Source: Candidatus Methylomirabilia bacterium
Lineage (GTDB): Bacteria; Methylomirabilota; Methylomirabilia; Rokubacteriales; CSP1-6
Direction of reading: 5' to 3'
DNA: 24,624 nt
Assembly: GCA_041497895.1 (NCBI GenBank)
Contig: JBGQHJ010000071.1
Coordinates: 1 to 24,624, forward strand
The notes under the pieces were generated by a model that saw only the letters and a list, made by a program, of their open reading frames with translations, did no database searches and was not told the origin of the DNA. Position numbers and translations under genes: made by a program. Below are positions 19,352-24,624 of the stretch, in pieces. Each line of letters begins with the position of its first letter. The first letter of the stretch is position 1.

Positions 19352-20884
19352 ATGACGCGACGACTGACGACGGGCGTGCTGCTGAGCGTGCTGATGGGGC
19401 TCCTCGTCGGCGTGGCGCTGGCCGCTCGCCTGGAATCGGTGGAGGTGAGGGATCGGTCCGGGCGCCTGGGGATCCTCTCCATCACCGTGATGGACGACGG
19501 CAGCGCCTACATCTCCCCCGACCACCTGGCCGCGCTGTTGAAGGGGGCCTGGTCGGTCAAGGGGGACCGCGGGACCCTCACCGTCCAGACGCGCACCGTG
19601 GAGTTCGTCCGGGGGCAGACCCGGGCCACCGTCCAGGGCCAGGCGATCGCGCTGGACGCCGCCGCGCGCGTGGTGGGAAGCAGCTGGCTCGTCTCGCGGG
19701 ACTTCCTCGGCAAGGGCCTGCCCCGGCTCGCTCCCGGGGTGTCGATCGCCGCGGTCACCGAGGCGCGCAAGCCGGTCGCGAAGGCGGTGCAGGGAGCGGT
19801 GCCGCTCGAGGAGCTTCGCTACCGCTCCTATCCCACCTTCACGCGCATCGTCATCGAGACCGGCGGGCGCCTCGCCTACGCGGTGGTTGCGACCGACGAG
19901 GAGGTGCGGGTGCGCCTGCCCGGCCTGTCGCTCGGCCGCTCGCGGGTGGAGGAGATCGGCGACGGGCTCGTGCAGGAGGTGCGGCTCGAACCGGTGGGCG
20001 ACGCCGCGGTGCTGCGCGTGCTGCTGGAAGGGCAGGCGGGCGAGATCAAGCACACCGTGCTCCAGGATCCCTACCGCCTGGTGCTCGACGTCTATCGGCC
20101 CAAGGAGTCGACCGGGGGCGGCGAGCCGGGCCGCGGCGGAATGCAGCCCCTCCGCCTCGTGGTGCTGGACGCCGGCCACGGCGGCCACGATTCGGGCGCG
20201 ATGGGCCCGAGCGGGGTGATGGAGAAGGACGTGGTGCTCGACGTGACGCGGCGGGTGGCGCGCATGGTCGAGGGCGGGCTCGGGGTCAAGGTCGTGCTCA
20301 GCCGGGACAGTGACGTGTTCGTCCCGCTGCGGGAGCGCACCAACTTCGCCAACAAGCAGGGCGCCGACCTCTTCGTCTCCATCCACGCCAACGCGCACCC
20401 GCAGGCGGTCTCGGAGGGCGTCGAGACCTACTTCCTCTCCTCCGAGGCCTCGGACAACGCGGCCCGCCAGGTGGCGGCCACCGAGAACAACGTCGTCCAG
20501 CTCGAGAGCCCGGGCTCGCGGAGGCAAGGGGACGTCCTCAAGAGCATCCTCTGGGACCTGGCCCAGTCCGAGTTCCAGGAGGAGTCGAGCTTCATGGCCG
20601 AGACGGTGCAGGACTCGATGAGCAAGTCGCTCAACCTGGTCAGCCGCGGCGTCAAGCAGGCGGGGTTCTACGTGCTGGGCGGCGCCGCGATGCCGGCCAT
20701 CCTCATCGAGGTCGGATTCCTGACCAATCGCAAGGAGGAGAAGAAGCTGGCCACCCCGGAGTATCGCGAGGCCCTGGCCCGTGCCATCTACGCCGGCCTC
20801 GCCGAGTACAAGCGTCGCTACGATCAGCGCTTGCGCACCGCCCAGACCCAGAGCCCGGCCCCGAAGGGATTGCCCAAGCGATGA
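19352..20884 (+). CDS. N-acetylmuramoyl-L-alanine amidase (Amidase_3 with AMIN-like domain, AmiC-like)
   Basis: Signal peptide; TRIVIE and [12 protein letters not shown]-like segments; LDAGHGG, EK, SIHAN, ILIEVGF zinc/catalytic motifs. Confidence 0.93.
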   Translation: MTRRLTTGVLLSVLMGLLVGVALAARLESVEVRDRSGRLGILSITVMDDGSAYISPDHLAALLKGAWSVKGDRGTLTVQTRTVEFVRGQTRATVQGQAIALDAAARVVGSSWLVSRDFLGKGLPRLAPGVSIAAVTEARKPVAKAVQGAVPLEELRYRSYPTFTRIVIETGGRLAYAVVATDEEVRVRLPGLSLGRSRVEEIGDGLVQEVRLEPVGDAAVLRVLLEGQAGEIKHTVLQDPYRLVLDVYRPKESTGGGEPGRGGMQPLRLVVLDAGHGGHDSGAMGPSGVMEKDVVLDVTRRVARMVEGGLGVKVVLSRDSDVFVPLRERTNFANKQGADLFVSIHANAHPQAVSEGVETYFLSSEASDNAARQVAATENNVVQLESPGSRRQGDVLKSILWDLAQSEFQEESSFMAETVQDSMSKSLNLVSRGVKQAGFYVLGGAAMPAILIEVGFLTNRKEEKKLATPEYREALARAIYAGLAEYKRRYDQRLRTAQTQSPAPKGLPKR

Positions 20885-21630
20885 GCACGATGCATCTCCG
20901 GCACGACGGCCGACGCCCGGACCAGCTCCGGCCGGTCATGATCACGCGCGACTACCTGCGGCATCCCGAGGGCTCCGTCCTGGTGGAGTTCGGGGATACG
21001 AAGGTCATCTGCACCGCCTCGCTCGAGGACAAGGTGCCGCCCTTCCTGAAGGGGCAGGGCAAGGGGTGGGTCACCGCGGAGTACGGCATGCTCCCGCGCT
21101 CCACCAATACCCGCATGAACCGCGAGCGGGGCGGGCCGAGCGGCCGCTCCCAGGAGATCCAGCGTCTCGTGGGGCGCTCGCTCCGGTCAGTCGTGGAGAT
21201 GGCCAAGCTCGGGGAGCGCACGGTGTGGGTGGACTGCGACGTCATCCAGGCCGACGGCGGCACGCGCACCGCGGCCATCACCGGGGCGTTCGTGGCGGTG
21301 GCCGACGCCATCGCCCGGCTGGTGAAGACCGGCGCCCTGCCCGGCTCGCCGATCCGCGACAACGTGGCCGCGATCAGCGTGGGCATGGTGGGCAACCGGC
21401 CGGTGCTCGATCTCAACTACGTGGAGGACTCCACCGCCGAAGTGGACATGAACGTGGTCATGACCGGCGCCGGGGCCTTCGTGGAGGTGCAGGGCACCGC
21501 CGAGCAGACGCCGTTTCCCAAGGCGCGCCTCGACGAGCTGCTGGCGCTGGCCGGTGACGGGATCGCCCGGCTGGTCGGCCTGCAGCGGCGCGCGCTCGCG
21601 GCGCGTGACGACCGGCAGTTCAGCCTCTGA
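20881..21630 (+). CDS. rph: Ribonuclease PH
   Basis: [49 protein letters not shown]. Confidence 0.98.
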   Translation: MSTMHLRHDGRRPDQLRPVMITRDYLRHPEGSVLVEFGDTKVICTASLEDKVPPFLKGQGKGWVTAEYGMLPRSTNTRMNRERGGPSGRSQEIQRLVGRSLRSVVEMAKLGERTVWVDCDVIQADGGTRTAAITGAFVAVADAIARLVKTGALPGSPIRDNVAAISVGMVGNRPVLDLNYVEDSTAEVDMNVVMTGAGAFVEVQGTAEQTPFPKARLDELLALAGDGIARLVGLQRRALAARDDRQFSL

Positions 21631-22225
21631 CCGGCGCCTGGTCCTGGCCACGGGCAACCGGGCCAAGGGCCGGGAGCTGGCCGCCCTCCTCGCGGGCGTA
21701 CCCTTTCGGATCGAGGATCTCTCCGCCCACCCGCGGGTCGCTCTGCCCCCCGAGGGGGGGGCGTCCTACGCGGACAACGCCCTCGGAAAAGCGCGGGCAG
21801 TGACCCGGGCCACCGGCCTGCTGGCGCTGGCCGACGACTCCGGCGTCGAGGTGGACGCCTTCGACGGGCGCCCTGGAGTGCTCTCGGCGCGATACGGCGG
21901 GGAGGGGCTGACCGACGCCGAGCGCAACGCCCTGATGTTGCGAGAGCTCGCGGGTGTGCCGACCGCGGGGCGGACGGCTCGCTACCGGGCGGTGATCGCG
22001 ATCACCGGCCCCGACGGCCGTGAGGCCACCGTGGAGGGCACCGTCGAGGGAATCATCCTGGAATCGCCCCGGGGCGCTGGCGGCTTCGGCTACGACCCGA
22101 TCTTCTACTACCCGCCGTTCGGGGCGAGCTTTGGAGAGGTCAGCGTGGTCGCCAAGCACGCGGTCAGCCATCGCGGACGGGCGATGGCACTCGCCCGCGG
22201 CCTGCTGCGGCGCTGGGTGGGTTGA
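21605..22225 (+). CDS. rdgB: RdgB/HAM1 non-canonical purine NTP pyrophosphatase
   Basis: [31 protein letters not shown]; start codon uncertain (GTG 21605 chosen). Confidence 0.93.
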   Translation: MTTGSSASDRRLVLATGNRAKGRELAALLAGVPFRIEDLSAHPRVALPPEGGASYADNALGKARAVTRATGLLALADDSGVEVDAFDGRPGVLSARYGGEGLTDAERNALMLRELAGVPTAGRTARYRAVIAITGPDGREATVEGTVEGIILESPRGAGGFGYDPIFYYPPFGASFGEVSVVAKHAVSHRGRAMALARGLLRRWVG

Positions 22226-22251
22226 AGGGGCCGCGCGGCGAAGCGTATACT
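22222..22251 (+). promoter_or_regulatory. sigma70 promoter of tRNA-Pro
   Basis: TTGAAG, 18 nt spacer, TATACT, 15 nt before the tRNA. Confidence 0.65.
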
Positions 22252-22266
22252 GCTCGCGACGGGCCT

Positions 22267-22343
22267 CGGGGTGTGGCGCAGCCCGGTAGCGCACCTGCTT
22301 TGGGAGCAGGGAGTCGGAGGTTCAAATCCTCTCACCCCGACCA
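22267..22343 (+). tRNA. tRNA-Pro(TGG)
   Basis: CGGGGTG/CACCCCG acceptor stem, anticodon arm CCTGC-TTTGGGA-GCAGG, GTTCAAAT T-loop, encoded CCA; 77 nt. Confidence 0.97.
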
Positions 22344-22383
22344 CTTCCTACCCTCCGCGGTGTTCCTCGCCGCGTCCCCGCGC

Positions 22384-22587
22384 CTAGACCCGGACGATCG
22401 CGACTCCGCGGGCGGTCAGCCAGCCACTGACCTTCGTCCAGGTCCCGGGCTCCCGGAGCTCCCACGCCTCGACGCTGCGCTGGGGCACCACGAGCCGGGT
22501 GTGGCGATCGTGCGCCGCGGCTTCCACGAGCCGGGCGAGGTCGGTGCGAGAGGATCGAAGCTCGCTGAGCAGGTCTTCCGCCGTCAT
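22384..22587 (-). CDS. Small hypothetical protein (67 aa)
   Basis: GGAG SD 6 nt before ATG, near-consensus upstream promoter, protein-like composition. Confidence 0.65.
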   Translation of the reverse strand: MTAEDLLSELRSSRTDLARLVEAAAHDRHTRLVVPQRSVEAWELREPGTWTKVSGWLTARGVAIVRV

Positions 22588-22671
22588 GCTGATCTCCGGA
22601 GGCAGAGGACGGTCATGATTGACGCCGCTGCGAATGGTCGAAGTTGCCGGGTCGGTGTGAATGATGAGCGC

Positions 22672-22700
22672 AGCCTATCGTGGGGGCCGACCGCTGTCAA
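22672..22700 (-). promoter_or_regulatory. sigma70 promoter for the 67-aa gene
   Basis: Minus strand TTGACA (22700-22695), 17 nt spacer, TAGGCT (22677-22672). Confidence 0.65.
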
Positions 22701-22938
22701 CCCACATCTTGTGCTTACAGGGAAATCGACCGACGCCCGGCGGTGCCCTACCTTCACCCGCAGCGGGTGAGCGACACGCGTCGCTCCAGCGAGGCTCCGA
22801 TACGAATCGTTCGCGGCCGTTTCGAAATCTCCGCGGGTTCCGGGCTATGCTAGAAGGCGGTCGCGTCACGAATTCTCGTCGGCGAGAGGGGATGGAAGCC
22901 TGTTCGGTTTGATGCTCGGCGGCCCGCGTAAGCCAAAT

Positions 22939-24579
22939 GTGAGGATGTTTTCCTTCGTGCCCGTATCCTCATGGCTGACGGCCGGGTTCTCGGTCGTTGC
23001 GGGGTTGGCCGCGGGGGCCTGCGGGGCCGGGCTGGTCGCGATCATCAACACCGCGATTCACAGCTCTGGGCCATCGACGAGGCGGCTCGCCTTCGGGTTC
23101 TGCGGCTTCCTGGTGGGCCGAACGCTCGCCAACGCGACCGCTCGGCTGCTCCTCAGTCAGTTCACCCAGGAAACGCTTTCTGGACTCGCCCGCAATCTCA
23201 GCCGCAAGCTGCTTGCGACGCCGCTCGGGGAGCTCGAGCGCATCGGGATCCCGCGAATCCTCGCGACGTTGACCCACGACGTGGCGATGCTCGGCTGGGC
23301 CGCCCAGAACCTTCCGTCCCTCGCCACAAATGTTGCGGTCATCGCGGGCTGCGCGATCTATCTCGGGTGGCTTTCGCCCTCGACCCTGATCGTGTTGACG
23401 TCGGTCGTCGTGCTGGGAGCCGTCGTCTATCGGATACTCATCGGGAGAGCGTACCGATACCTTCAAAGGGCGCGTGATACGCGGGACGTCCTGTTCCAGC
23501 ACTTCCGGGCGCTGACCGAAGGCACGAAGGAGCTGAAGCTGCACGCGCCCCGTCGAGAGGCGTTCTTTTCGGAGCGGATCGAGCCGGCGACGGACACTCT
23601 GCGACGCGACGCGCTGGCGGGCGTTCGACACCACATCGTGGCGGATACGTGGAGTCAGCTGCTTTTCTACGGTCTCATCGGCGCCGTCCTCTTCGCGGTG
23701 CCCGGAGTGCAGGGTGCCGGGTCACAGACGCTGACCGGCTACGTCGTGGCAATGCTCTATGTGATGACCCCCGTATGGAGCGTGATGGAAGCATGGTCGG
23801 TATTTGCCCAGGCGCGCATCTCGCTGACCAAGGTGCAGGCTCTCGGACTTTCCCTGGAAAGCGCGAACACGGTCCAGAGTGGGACCGGGAACCAAGCCGC
23901 CGAGGCATGCGATTGGGAGCGGCTCGAGCTCGAGGGCGTGAAGTTCGCATACGCGGCCGACAGCGATGGGCGTGCGTTCGTACTCGGGCCGCTGGATTTC
24001 ACCCTGAAGAAGGGCGAGCTCGTATTCCTGGTGGGCGGAAACGGCAGCGGGAAGTCGACCTTGATGAAGGTGATGACCGGACTCTATGTACCGGAGGCTG
24101 GACAGATTCGCCTGGACGGTCGAACGGTCGGCGATGGGAACCGGGAATGGTACTGCCGACATTTTTCCGCGGTGTTCGCGGATTTCTACCTGTTCGATAG
24201 TCTGCTCGGTCTCGACGCTCCGGACCTGGACGAACGGGCCGGACAGTACCTGGCAACGCTGGAGTTGGAGGCGAAGGTCCGCGTCGCGAACGGAGTGTTT
24301 TCCACGACGGCCCTCTCTCAAGGACAGCGAAAGCGCCTCGCTCTCCTGACCGCCTTCCTCGAAGATCGGGCGATCTATCTCTTCGATGAATGGGCCGCGG
24401 ACCAGGATCCGCACTATCGACAGATATTCTATGAGCGCCTCCTCCCGGAGCTCAAGAGTCGAGGGAAGACCATCGTCGTGATCAGCCACGATGATCGCTA
24501 CTATTCCCTGGGAGACCGAGTGGTGAAGTTGGAGGAGGGCAAGGTTACGCGGGAGATGCTGAACGTCCAAGAGGGGTAA
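22939..24579 (+). CDS. Cyclic peptide export ABC transporter (PvdE/SyrD/YojI family), fused TMD-NBD
   Basis: About 6 TM helices, G.KELKL, GGNGSGKST, FSAVFADFYLFD, LSQGQRKRLAL, DEWAADQDP, ISHDDRY; start uncertain (22909-22945). Confidence 0.93.
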   Translation: MRMFSFVPVSSWLTAGFSVVAGLAAGACGAGLVAIINTAIHSSGPSTRRLAFGFCGFLVGRTLANATARLLLSQFTQETLSGLARNLSRKLLATPLGELERIGIPRILATLTHDVAMLGWAAQNLPSLATNVAVIAGCAIYLGWLSPSTLIVLTSVVVLGAVVYRILIGRAYRYLQRARDTRDVLFQHFRALTEGTKELKLHAPRREAFFSERIEPATDTLRRDALAGVRHHIVADTWSQLLFYGLIGAVLFAVPGVQGAGSQTLTGYVVAMLYVMTPVWSVMEAWSVFAQARISLTKVQALGLSLESANTVQSGTGNQAAEACDWERLELEGVKFAYAADSDGRAFVLGPLDFTLKKGELVFLVGGNGSGKSTLMKVMTGLYVPEAGQIRLDGRTVGDGNREWYCRHFSAVFADFYLFDSLLGLDAPDLDERAGQYLATLELEAKVRVANGVFSTTALSQGQRKRLALLTAFLEDRAIYLFDEWAADQDPHYRQIFYERLLPELKSRGKTIVVISHDDRYYSLGDRVVKLEEGKVTREMLNVQEG

Positions 24580-24624
24580 GGGCGGCCGACGTTCCCGTTG
24601 ACATCATGTCCGCATCCGACAAGC

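Noticed and set aside
22108..22770. ORFs 22108-22344 (-) and 22222-22770 (+)
   Set aside because: Overlap tRNA-Pro and rdgB or the better-supported 67-aa gene.

Overview
GC-rich bacterial chromosome segment, mostly housekeeping genes. Gene content and order suggest a diderm lineage such as Candidatus Rokubacteria/Methylomirabilota (inference only). Order: parB (3' part), mnmA, atpFHAGDC (no atpB/atpE in window); a four-gene signalling operon (stand-alone REC, HD-GYP, degenerate CPBP/Abi membrane protein, GAF histidine kinase) behind a sigma54-type promoter with a perfect IHF site; two DUF507-like genes, ubiX, GT2 glycosyltransferase, Gfo/Idh/MocA oxidoreductase; tRNA-Leu(CAG) on the minus strand; smpB and tmRNA; an accessory block (lipoprotein ending in CxxCH, divergent TetR, outer-membrane beta-barrel, orphan CoxL/Xdh-family molybdoprotein); amidase, rph, rdgB, tRNA-Pro(TGG); a 67-aa orphan with its own promoter; and a lower-GC PvdE/SyrD-type cyclic-peptide ABC exporter. 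No integrase, IS or CRISPR seen. Best candidates for undescribed biology: the sigma54/IHF c-di-GMP signalling operon with a pseudo-protease, and the TetR-controlled CxxCH lipoprotein/beta-barrel module.
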